64,000 nucleotides of DNA from assembly GCA_030390025.1 (NCBI GenBank), contig CM059432.1, forward strand, positions 73,782,001-73,846,000, in the 5' to 3' direction. The translations under genes were made by a program, and so were the position numbers. Below, in pieces: positions 27,816 through 39,922 of this stretch. The notes under the pieces are model-generated. The model was given only the letters and a program-made list of their open reading frames with translations, was not told the DNA's origin and made no database searches. Origin of the DNA: Squalus acanthias (lineage: Eukaryota). Within the stretch, counting starts at the first letter, position 1, and each line of letters starts with the position of its first letter.

Positions 27816-28392
27816 AGTTGGGAAAATATTAATAGCTGTTGTAGTAAATCTGATTAATTGTCTTATTTACTTAGTTATAAATTGTTCTAGTTAATTGTCA
27901 CCACGAGTTGTGTTGTATCATGTGATTAAGGCCCTCATAATCGTACTTTTTTGTGATGCAGTCTTCTTCTGGGTCCTATTAATTGAATTCTGTAGTTATA
28001 ATTGCTTATGTCATATCCATATGATTCAAAATGTGACAAAATGTCCCCGGCTCTATAAAGCCAACTATAGTCAACCTAACTTATGCAGCCAGACAAAATA
28101 AATAAGATTTGCCGCATGTCTTGTGGCTACAATTCCTGTAGCTATGAATAAAGTATACAATAAAGTTAACTTGCTATATTAAACGTGCAATGTATTCTTG
28201 GAAACTTCCTAAATTAAAGTCACTATTATATTTTTGATGCAAGAGTTTGTTATTACAATACTTCAATTTGTATATATTACAATGCAATTTACAACTCTCA
28301 TCATATTGTTCTCACCTAAATTTTGCTTCTCTGATAAAGTTTTGAGTCCTAATGCAAGCTTGACTAGAATATAAAAGGCAACTGTAGTGAGC

Positions 28393-29070
28393 TTTTTTTT
28401 TTATTCGTTTATGGCGTCGCTGGCAAGGCTAGCATTTATTGCACATCCCTAATTGCCCTTGAGAAGGTGGTGGTGAACCGCCTTCCTGAACCGCTGCAGT
28501 CCATGTGGTGAAGGTACTCCCACAGTGCTGTTAGGGAGGGAGTTCCAGGATTTTGACCCAGCGACGATGACAGATCGGCGATATACTTCTAAATCAGGAT
28601 GGTGTACGACTTGGAGGGGAACTTGGAGGTGGTGGTGTTCCCATGCGCCTGCTACCCTTGTCCTTCTAGGTGGAAGAGGTCGCGGGTTTAGGAGGTGCTG
28701 CCGAAGAAGCCTTGGCGAGTTGCTGCAGTGCATCTTGTAGATGGTACACACTGCAGCCACGGTACGACGGTGGTGGAGGGAGTGAAAGTTTTTTAAGGTG
28801 GTGCATGGGGTGCCAATCAAGCGGGCTGCTTTGTCCTGGATGGTGTCGAGCTTCTTGAGTATTGTTGGAGCTGCACTCATCCAGGCAAGTGGAGAGTATT
28901 CCATCACACTCCTTACTTGTGCCTTGTAGATGGTAGAAAGGCTTTGGGGAGTTAGGTGGTGAGACACTCACCACAGAATACCTAGCCTCTGGCCTGCTCT
29001 TGTTGCCACAGTATTTGTGGCTGGTCCAGTTAAGTTTCTGGTCAATGGTGACCCCCCAGGGTGTTGATGG
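28393..29070 (-). mobile_element. Family-B LINE 3' end
   Basis: 172-aa ORF YKAQVRSVMEYSPLAW...AGSKSWNSLPNS; closely similar to 4090-4760. Confidence 0.9.
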
Positions 29071-32000
29071 GATATAAAGCTATTAGTTTCCTATTTCCTT
29101 ACTTGCAACAAAAAAAATTCTGTTGCGCTGATGTCAGTGCCTAGTATCAGTGTTACTTTGCATAAATGCTCAAAGGGGAGCATGAGCTGTGGATGACATA
29201 TTTTGGTTGCCTTTGCCACAAAAAATAATTTGTGTTGCTCCAGTATCACATAACTAGCCAGAGTAGCTGATAGGACGACATATGTTTTAAGTCCCTGGAA
29301 TATGAATTATTTGTGGAGCTGCTTCATTTTTACTTGCAAGTCCTTCCCATAGGCTGCTTCAGCCTAGAAGGTGAAGGGGTCTGGGCCATGGATTCTCTAT
29401 AATCACTGTTCATGTTCTTCCATGATCATCTGACAGTAAGCAAGCTTGTGACTGGTAATGACTCAGCTTCACCTTCCAACAAAATAGAGCACTCCATTAC
29501 TGAACGGTACTTTTAGTTCCAAAATTAATAAAACATATCCTCTCGTCTATGAATCTGAGTAACAGACCACCCCAGACTCTAACCTGTAACTAGGAAGGAA
29601 GCACACTATTTACACAGCCACACTTTTCTCATTTAAATTTGATATTCGTATTTGGAACTTTTATAGGCTAAATCCATCTATTATTATATCCCTACAAGGA
29701 TAATTCCATAATTTGATAGGAGTGATAATGTTGTTTATGCTTACCTACATAGTAAAGAAAATTGTTCAAATATACATGAAATTAATCATCACTCCAGTAG
29801 GTTTTTTTTTAAACTAGGTAAAACAGTTACAGTCTCTCTTCGGTTGTCAATGTTTTGCTGGTAATAGTTATCCAAGTGTCTGATTTTCATTCATTAATTA
29901 GACTTGCTATTCAGTGACATTCTGGACATGATTCATGCTTTATATGTAGTTTTATATGTTATGAAACACGGAGATGGAAATTGAGAAAATTACAGTGTTT
30001 GCCAAGAAGTATTTTGTATAGACAGATGGTGGCGCTGTCACACCACGTGGCTAATTTTTCTGCGTCTAAATAATTCTTTAAAATAAGAAAGAATTAACCT
30101 GCATTTAAATAAAAACAAAAATCCAGGGAGGTGTTAGTGCAGAGATTCTCACCCTGTGACCCATTAATCACTTCTGTGGCATGTGGAATATGGAGACATC
30201 CTGAAGCTATGCACATTCATACAAATCTACAAGTTCACAAAATAGAGAAAAGCTGAAAATGCACTTACAGGTAATACACTGGCTGAAATTGTTTTCTTGC
30301 TTGTGTGCTCTTCACTTCATTTGGTTGGTGACAAGCTGACCCACGCTGGATTGTAAATTGAAAACTTCTATTTAAATATATCAATAGCATTTTTAGATAT
30401 TCTCAGGGCTCAAGAGGGTTAAAAAGGGGTGTTTTTCTAAAGTGGAAGCTACAGTTAATATATGCAATCATCTATTAGTCATAGTGATCAATTAAATACG
30501 TGACATTTATAGAATGTCCTTCTCTTTCACTTTTATCCTCCAACTTACAAATCACTTAAAATGCTCTGTTCCAGAAACCTCCATTAGTTCCCTGTACATC
30601 CTTTATTAATACTTATAATGAAGAAATATAGTTTTTATTTCATATGTTTGGCAGAGCAGAAATTTCATGGCTTCCATCCAACTAGCTTGACTTTGAGGTT
30701 TATAAATGTACAGAGAAATAGAGTAGAGTTAATTAATTCAAATTCAATTGATCCATATACTGATTTAATTTGCTGTGTAAATGAGATTTAAGACTCCAGG
30801 CTAATTTTAGAATGATTTCATAATGATGTTTGACATACATCTCACTTAATTACTACCATTTAGCATTTGTTTCAGAAGGAAATTCCTCACAGCTCTTACT
30901 CTAATCAGTCATTTCACTGCTACTAACTAATTATTCTGGTTTAATTTGCCAATAGTAAGACTGATGACTGATTAAGTAAGAAATTGATGTAAAACCAAGT
31001 GTTTGCTGCACAATAAGAAAATAGTATTTGTGATGCTCATTTTTATTTCTACATTGTGTATTTTTTGTTTTACCCATATATATGCCTATATTAGTGTCAG
31101 ATGCTGAGTATATTTAGGTATTTACAAGAGTCCTGAGACTGGCATCTCAGGAGTAGTATGCTAACATTGTAGACCATCTAGTTGATTATCTGTTTATATA
31201 ACACCATTTCAGGCACTCGCTTGTGTTCATCAAAGAATATCATAACATATTCTCAGGACAACCAACATAAAGAGAGTTTAAATTAGATTGCCTGAAACCA
31301 CCCACTACATACGTCACAGGTGTTAGGTTAAATTTTAAGGTGAGAATTCCCATAACTACATTAAACACCACAGCAAAGTTTAAACATGAACAGAGTAACA
31401 CGTGTAAAAGTGTCAAAAAAGTCACAAGAACCTAAGCAAATACTGTCAAATTTAGGCAAAGCCTACACCTATATACAGCAGGAATAACACTATAGCTAGT
31501 TGACCAATCAAAATGTAAGTCAATAATGTCTGCAGGTAGATGTTCAACCTTCTGAGCAGATTTAGTCATTTAAAACCGGTGCAATCTGCCTTCTAGTAAT
31601 AGTGTTATTAGGATGCATTGATGTGATTAAGAAAATTACTTATTGCCAGGTTAAAGTTCCCAGTTTACTGGGGCCATGATTGAGTTAATCATAAATTACA
31701 GTTGTCACATTAAACCTAAAATAATCTTTCTCCTTATTATCCTGTCAAAACTTTGACAAAGTCCTTACCTCCTATGACTGTAGGTTTGTTTAAAAAACTA
31801 ATGATTTCATTCAAATCTAAACCCAATCACTGGTCTTTTGAAACATTTAATTTGAACCAATTATTGTAGGAATAGTGGCCACTTCATTGTCAGGCCCAAC
31901 AGTTTTCTATAACTTAAAAGAAATGTATATTTTCATACATACTTGAAATGTTTAGTTTAAGCAATAAAATTAACAAAGAACTTTCTGGTTGTTTAACCAT

Positions 32001-33589
32001 CCCTCAGCCAGAGAAGTTCAATTCAGGAGCTAAACCACAAATGGGCTATTTACTTTACGACTAAGCCTATAATTACAATTCCCTTGGCTCAGTGCCAGGG
32101 TTAACAGCTGCCATTCACTAGGAGAGGATTGAGGATATGGTCTGGTGGTGCACCATGTTAGTGTATAATCGTGCTGCACCAGAGTGATCGGATGTGGATA
32201 TTTCTATAAATCCCAGTACAACAAGGTCCTAATCTTGGCAGAGCCATCAGAAAGAGGTACTAACTAAACCTAGGTGTCTCACCTCCGGAACGGTGGGGAA
32301 AAAAAGGCATCTTGTTTATTCATTCAGCGCCTAGTGGATAGCTACAAACTAGAATGGTAGCGCATTACCTAGCTGCCTTTACAGCTGTGAAATGGATTGC
32401 ATCAAGTGGGATTTAATGGAGAAAACCATTCCTGGTCAAAAGGGTGGCAGCTACTGCTAAACCTCTCCGAAAAGCTTGGTGGTTAGGAAGATCGGCTCAC
32501 CTTACTGATTTTCCCTCTGTGGTAATGGAGGTGCTCAAGTTGATCCACTCCCTTTGTCAGCGTGGCTCAGATTGGGAACTCATTGTGTGGGGAATTATGG
32601 ATGTAAATCTACACCTTACCTCCCTGTGACACACCACACTGGAACATTATACACCATAAAACCATTTAAAACTCTTTTTTTGAGTAACTAATATGAGTCT
32701 AAATGCCATGCTGACATCTTTGTTCTACACTTACACTAACTTAGGAACTTCAAAATCCTATTTCCAAATAGTCATTTATCAGGAGTGTAGCCATGGCTAT
32801 GTGAAACTAATAACTCATCTCTAACTCTGCACTGAATAATTATTTAAAAAAATAAGATATAGACTTCAAGAACTTGAGAACGAGTGTTCACATTTAGAAG
32901 CAAATAATTACTAATTAATCAACGCATTTGATCAGCCAATTACCTATATCCAAAAGAAAACGGATTCTTGGTGAAATCCTTAAAAAAAACTGTAAACTCC
33001 TTTATTGACCTATTTAGCATGAAAAGGAAAGCTGAAATCTGCTAGGGGGTGATGATAAACCACTAAGTAGAATTCAAAAGGAAAAGTCCGGGAGTAAAAA
33101 TGGATGAAATGAGATTACGGTAAGTACAAATTGGATATAATTCCCAATTAAACACAAACTGCAAATGTGAGACAATTTGTCAGCTGACATTTCTTTGGAT
33201 GTATAAATACATTTAATTGAAACCAAATTAACAAAAAGCAATTTAAAAATTTCTTTTTTGCTGTATATTCAAATTGACAGCTTGCAACTGTGGCTGCTGC
33301 AAACGAATAATTGAAAATGGTTCCAAAGTGCACAAGTAAAAAAAAAAGATAGACCTTTTATTGAGGAGCTGTAGAGAACAGGCCCAATTTTGGGGACCAA
33401 CGTCCTGCACCCCGAGGATGCTTGAAAAACATCCGACCAAAAATTGGATTGAGCTATTTTACACCTGTTTCAGGTGGTCGCCTAAAACAGACATTAGATC
33501 CCTTACATATGTAAATGAGGGACCTGATGCCAGTTTTAGGTCCCCTCACAGAAATTGGGCTGCAATGAATGGGGTAGATGTCAACCAGC

Positions 33590-33845
33590 CAATTGAACGC
33601 AGTAAGATCCCACAAACAGCAATGAGATGAATTGCCTAGTAATGTTTTTGGTAATGCTGATTGAGGGATAAATGTTGGCCAGCACACTGGGAAAACTCTT
33701 CTGTGCTTCTTTGAGTTATGCCTTGGGATTCTTAGCATCCATCTAAGCAGGCAGTTAGAGCCTTGGTTTAACAGTTCATCCAAAATATGGCAATAAAGTA
33801 CTCCCTTCATTACTGCAATGGTTAGTCTAGATTACGTGCTCAAGT
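33590..33845 (-). mobile_element. Degenerate Deu-SINE fragment
   Basis: agatcccacaaacagcaatg...gattgagggataaatgttggcc matches the SINE core. Confidence 0.7.
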
Positions 33846-33974
33846 TTTTTCTCCTATTCATTTATTAGTGAATTTTTGGAGCGATAAATGAAATAGAAGA
33901 ACAAAATGTCTCTCAACTGCTACAGTTAACACAAAGATATAGATGGAGCAGTAATTCTTCCTTTTTAAAAAAAA

Positions 33975-35260
33975 ATGTTCTTGGGATGAAGGAGGGGCTG
34001 AGAAGGCTGCATTTATTATCCAGCCCTAGTTGCCATGATGTGATGACGGGCCTTCTAATAGAACCACTTAGTCCTTGTACCGATGGTGCTCTCACAATGG
34101 TGTTAGGTAGGGAATTCCAGGATTTTTACCCAGCAACGATGAAGGAACAGCCATATATATCCAAGACTGGATGGTGTGTGATTTGGAGGGGTGGGCCATC
34201 CCATGATAATGCTGCTATTGTTCTTTTTAGTAGTATGGGGACCATGGGGCTGGGAGGTGCTGTTGAAGTGAGCTTAGCAAGTTGCTGCAGTACATCCTGT
34301 AGATAATAAAAAGAAAAAAAGCCTTGCATTATATAGCACTTTTCACGACCACGGGACATCCCAAAGTGCTTTACAGCCAATGGAGTACTTTTGAAGTGTA
34401 GTCACTGTTATAATGTAGGAAACACAGCAGCCAATTTGTGCACAGCAAGCTCCCACAAACAGCAATGTGACAATGACCAGATAATCTGTTTTTGTTATGT
34501 TGATTGAGGGATATGTAGGATATATAGGACACCAGGGATAACTCTTGCTCTTCTTCGAAATAGTGCCATGGGATCTTTTACATCCACCTAAGAAAGCAGA
34601 TGGGGCCTCGGTTTAAAGTCTCATCTGAAAGACAGCACCTTCAACAGTGCAGCACTCACTCAGCACTGCACTGGAGTGTCAGCCTAGATTTTTCTGCTCA
34701 AGTCTCTGGAGTGGGACTTGAACCCACAGCCTTCTGACTCAGAGGTGAGCGTGCTACCCACTGAGCCACGGCTGACATTGGACACACTGGAGCCACAGTG
34801 TAATGATGGTGAAGGGGAGGTGAAAATCTAAAACTGCTTTTCTTGAATGATATCAAGCTTTGAAGTGTTTATGCAGCTGCACCCATCCTGACATGAGCCT
34901 GGTAGATGGTGGAGAGGTTTTTAAGGAGTCAGAAGATGATGATCCATCCATCGCAGAATACCCAGGCTCTAATCTGCTCTTAGTCATTTTGTTGACATGA
35001 CTGCTCCAGTTAAGCTGCTGGTTAGTGGAGACCATCCCCCCCCCCCCCTCACCCCAGGATTTTTGATAGTGGGAAACTTGACGATTGCATCGTAGGTCAG
35101 GGAGATGATTGGCCTGATCTTCAAAACCGTTAGCACCTGGCACTTAAGTGGCATGAATGTTACCTACAACCTGTCAGCTTAAACTGGATATTGTCCAGAT
35201 ACTACTGTAGGCTTACTTGAGTTACTTTGTTAGTGAATGGAACTGAATACTGTGTAATTT
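33975..35260 (-). mobile_element. Degenerate family-B LINE interrupted by a SINE
   Basis: Colinear with 4100-4970 on both sides of the SINE at 34312-34777. Confidence 0.8.
34312..34777 (-). mobile_element. Full-length tRNA-derived Deu-domain SINE (SacSINE1-like)
   Basis: Minus-strand head tgtcagccgtggctcagtgggtagcacg...gggttcaagtcccactcc with A/B boxes, central core, and an L2-like tail ending gtgctatataatgcaagg. Confidence 0.85.
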
Positions 35261-36469
35261 TTGATCTCCCAGCCATTTCTAGCTTTTTCACACTCTTCAG
35301 AAAAGGAAAAGCTGTCCAGCATCAATAGCGTTCAGTACAATGTCATTCACAGCAAGCAAAAAAAGACAAGACGACAATTAGCACTGCTTCACCATGTTGA
35401 GAGATAAAAGTCCTTACAAACCAGATATTTTAACTTGCAAATAAAAACAAATACATATGAAGAACATTGTATCATTAAACAAACAAAAAAGCTAGTGTAG
35501 CAGTTGTGGAAATCAGCCACTAATCATTGGTTAGAATGAAACTATAAAAGCATTTTTCAATTTCTTTTGGGTCAAATTTAATGAGATCAAGGAAAGGTGA
35601 CTAGAGCAATTCAAAATTGTTGGTAATTTCTCCCGAGAACACTTCGACTGTACATCAATCACAGAGCTCAATTTTATAACATTAATGCTGCCTAAAACAC
35701 AGCTACTATCATGGAAAGAAATAAAAGCCAATTTTCAAAGGCTTCAAATGCTGGCAGAACAAATTTGAATCCAAATGAAATGTGGCTACACAATTTGGGG
35801 TGAGATTAGCACTAAATGCTAATAGTGAATCTTCTTTCATTGATGCACAAAGTGGTACAGATGTGGTGGTTTGCCACATTTTTAAAAAGATATTGGAGGG
35901 TAACATTCCACTTCAGCGGGTACGAAAAACTGGTAGTATCGGATTGGCTGCCCGTTATACACACCGCACGATTTTCCTTTCCACTGAAGTTGAAAGTTAC
36001 CCCTAGAATTTTCACACAAGGTGTTTAACACTGATGGGACAAGATTTGGGAGCAGAAAACATCTCCTTTAGAGAAGATAAGGCCAACTTTACAAAATCAT
36101 ACACAATGGACAGGAAGATGTTAGCAGTACATCCAGGATTTCCAGATATGTGCTCCTGGAGGGGTACGTCTGAGCCTAATGTTGCAAAATGGCTCTTGTA
36201 TACCAGGAGCAGAGAATGCAATGGTCTCCAACATACAGGTGATGTGTAGATCCAGTCTTCCCCAGCACTGAACATAATATAAGCTTCAAAAATCAGCACA
36301 GAAGAAAATTCATATTTTTGTGCTGCAGCACAGAGTGAATATGTCAACGTGACTTTCAAATGATGCACCTAATTTGAATGTGCTCAGGAGAACAGTACTC
36401 ACCTATATTATGTTTTTCACAGCCATAGTTCCTGTCCCCCTCCCAACCCTACAATAATTTTCCAAACAC

Positions 36470-37820
36470 AGGAATATAAGAAATAGGAGCAGGAGTAGGC
36501 CATTCGCACCTTCGAGCCTGCTCCACCATTCAGTAAGATCATGGCTGATCTTCTACCTCAACTCCACCTTCCTGTACTATCCCCTTTTCCCTTTATTCTC
36601 TTAATATCCAAAAATCTATCGATCTTTGTGTTGAATATACGTAACGACTGAGCATCCACAGCCCTCGAGGGTAGAGAATTCCAAACCTTTGAGTGAAGAA
36701 ATTTCTCCTCATCTCAGTCCTAAATGCCTGATGTCTTATTCTGAGATGGTGTCCCCTAGTTCTAGACTCCCCAGCCAGAGGAAACATCCTCCCAGCATCT
36801 ACCCTATCAAGCCCTTTAAGAATTTTATATGTTTCAATGAGATCACCGTTCATTCTTCTTAATTCTATGGAATATAAGCCTAGTCTCCTCAGTCTCTCCT
36901 CGTAGCACAATCCCCCCATCCTAGGAATCAGTCTGGAGAACCTTTGTTGCATTCCCTCTAAGGCAAGTATATCCTTCCTTCAGTAAGGAGACCAAAACTG
37001 TACACAGTACTCCAGGTGTGGTCTCAACAAGGCCCTATATCATTGCAGTAAGACTTCTTTACTCTTATTCGCCAATTCTTTTGTAATATAGGCTAACATA
37101 CCATTTGCTTTCCTAATTGCTTGCTGTACCTGCATGTTAACTTTCAGTGATTCGTGTACAAGGACACCCAGGTCCCTCTGAACACCAACATTTCCTATTT
37201 TTCCTTCCAAAGTGGATAACTTCACACTACTTGTTATATTCCATCTGCCATGTTCTTGCCCACTCAGTTAACCTACCTATATCCTTTTGCAGCCTCCTCA
37301 CAACTTTCTTTCCCACTTAGCTTTGTATCGTCAGCAAGCTTGGATACATTACACTCGGTCCCCTCATCTAAGTCATTAATATAGATTGAAAATAGCTGAG
37401 GGCCAAGCACTGATCTTTGCGGCACCCCACTAGTTACAGCCTGTCAACCCGAAAATGACCAGTTTATTTCTACTCTCTGTTTTCTGTCCGTTAACCAAAC
37501 CTCAGTCCGTGCTAATACATTACCTGCAACCCCATGTGCCCTAAATTTTGTGTAATAACTCTTGTGTGGCACCTTATCGAATGCTTTATGAAAATCCAAA
37601 TTAACCACATCCACTGGTTCCCCTTATTTACCCTGCTAGTTACAACCTCAAAAAACTCTTGGATTTGTCAAACACTATCTCTCTTTCAGAAATCCGTGTT
37701 GACTCTGCCCAATCATATTATGATTTTCTAACTACCCTGTTACCAGGTCTCTAATAATAGATTCTAGCATTTTCCCTACTACTGATGTCAGGCTAACTGG
37801 TCCATAGTCCCGGTTTTCTG
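36470..37820 (-). mobile_element. CR1 LINE, RT to 3' tail, degenerate
   Basis: ORF pieces QRDLGVLVHESLK and RTRGHHLRIR; tail at ~36470. Confidence 0.9.
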
Positions 37821-37821
37821 A

Positions 37822-39042
37822 CTAAAGTAGTAGACAGGGGAATGTCTATGGATGTTATTCATATGGACTTCCAGAAGGCATTTGATGAAGTCCCACATAA
37901 GAGACTATTAACTAAGGTAGAAGCCCACGGAATTGAGGGTAAATTATTGACCTGGTTAAGAAATTGGCTGAGTGGCAGGAGACAGAGAGTAGGGATAATG
38001 GGTAGGTACTCAAATTGGCAGGATGTGACTACTGGTGTCCCGCAGGGATCTGTGTTGGGGCCTCAACTATTCACAGTATTTATTAACGACTTATATGATG
38101 GCATAGAAAGTCATATATCCAAATTTGCCGATGACACAATCATAGGCGGCATTGTAGGCAATGTAGATGAAAGCATAACATTACAAAGGGATATTGATGG
38201 ATTAACTGAATGGGGAAAAACTGTGGCAAATGGATTTCAATGCAAGCAAATGTGAGGTCATCCACTTTGGACCTAAATAGGATAGAACAGGGTACTTTCT
38301 AAATGGTGAAAGGCTAAAAGCAGTGGATGTCCAAAGAGGCTTGGGGGTCCAGGTACGTAGATCATTAAAATGTCATGGCTAGGTACAGAAAATAATCAAA
38401 AAGGCTAATGGGATGCTGGCCTTTATATCTAGAGGACTAGAATACAAGGCGGTAGAAGTTATGCTGCAGCTATACAAAACCCTGGTTAGACCACACCTGG
38501 AGTACTGTGAGCAGTTCTGGTCACCACACCTTGGGAAGAATATATTGGCCTTGGAGGGAGTGCAGCGTAGGTTTACCAGAATGATACCCGGACTTCGAGG
38601 GTTAAGTTACGAGGAGAGATTACACAAATTAAGGTTGTATTCCCTAGAATTTAGAAGGTTAAGGGTTGATCTGATCAAAGTTTTCAAGATATTAAGGGGG
38701 ACAGATAGAGTAGATAGAGAGAAACTATTTCCGCTGGTTGGGGATTCTAGGACTAGGGGTCATAGTCTAAAAATTAGAGCTAGACCTTTCAGGAGTGAAA
38801 TTAGGAAACACTTCTACACACAAAGGGTGGTAGAAGTTTTGAACTCTCTTCCATAAACAGCAATTGATGCTAGATCAATTGTTAATTTTAGATCTGAGAT
38901 TGATAGTTTTTTTATTAACCAAAGGTATTAAGGGATATGGGCCAAAGGCAGGTATATGGAGTTAGGTCACAGATCAGCCATAATCTCACTGTATGGAGAA
39001 ACAGGCTCAAGGGGCTGAATGGCCTACTCCTGTTCCTATGTT
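37822..39042 (+). mobile_element. CR1 LINE, RT to 3' tail
   Basis: [46 protein letters not shown]. Confidence 0.92.
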
Positions 39043-39054
39043 TCTCTCTCTCTC

Positions 39055-39922
39055 ATTTCTTGAATAGCGGGTTACATTTGCTGGGACATATGCTGACTAC
39101 ACCCAGCTATACCTCTCCACCGCCTCTCTTGACCACTCCACTGCCTCTGTGCTGTCAGACTGCTTGTCCAGTCTTGGATAAGATGCAATTTCCTCCAGTT
39201 AAATATTGTAAAAACCGAAGCCATCGTCTTCATCTCCCACCACAAACTCTAAACCCTGAATTCTATTCTCCTCCTCAGCCACTATCTCAGGTTGAACCAG
39301 ACTCTTTACAACCTCAGCATCCTGAACTTCTGGACGCATATCCTCTCCATCACCTCCCGTCAACTCTGCTTCAGCTCTTCTGCTGCTGTAACTCTCATTC
39401 ATACCTTTGTCACCTCTAGACTTAACAATTCCAACAATCTCCTGGTTGGCCTCCCATCCTCCACCCTTCATAAACTACAGCTCATCCAACACTTTGCTGC
39501 CCATATCTTCTCCCACACCAAGTCCCGCTTAATCCTGCAGTCGCCGACTCCTGGTCCTCCAAATTATACTTATGTTTAAATCCCTTCGTGGCCTCACCCC
39601 TTACAATCTTTCTAACCTCCTCCAGCCCTAGAGCTCTGCACTCCTCCATATTTGGTCTCTTGTGCATCACTCCCTCTCTTTGTCCTACCATTGGCAGCCA
39701 TGCCTTCAGCAGTCTAGGCTCTGCACTCTGGAACTCTGCCTCTCCACTTCCCCCTCCTCCTTTAAGACCCTCTAAGACCCATCTCTTTGACCAAGCTTTT
39801 GGTCAGCCTCCTAATATCTCCTTCTTTGACTGGGCATCCATTTTTGTCTGAGTTTACCTCTAAAGTGCCTTGGGATATTTTTCTACATTAAAGGTGCTAT
39901 ATAAATTCAAGTTGCTATTGTT
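39055..39922 (+). mobile_element. L2 LINE 3' fragment
   Basis: TLIHTFVTSRLNNSNNLLVGLP..TLHKLQLIQ and AFSSLGSALWNS are L2 hallmarks; the tail aaaggtgctatataaattcaagttg is shared with the SINE. Confidence 0.85.

Noticed and set aside
34700..34777. tRNA gene (also 52070-52144 and 21400-21465)
   Set aside because: These are tRNA-derived SINE heads continuing into SINE bodies; no complete cloverleaf.
825..36270. Chain of possible minus-strand coding exons (~825-993, 7447-7468, 7554-7615, 18459-18747, 20545-20618, 36090-36268) with some compatible phases
   Set aside because: No recognisable protein family, mostly weak splice sites, several need ad hoc frame choices, and the region lies downstream of the CA8 terminal exon. 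Probably chance; tblastn and RNA-seq would settle it.
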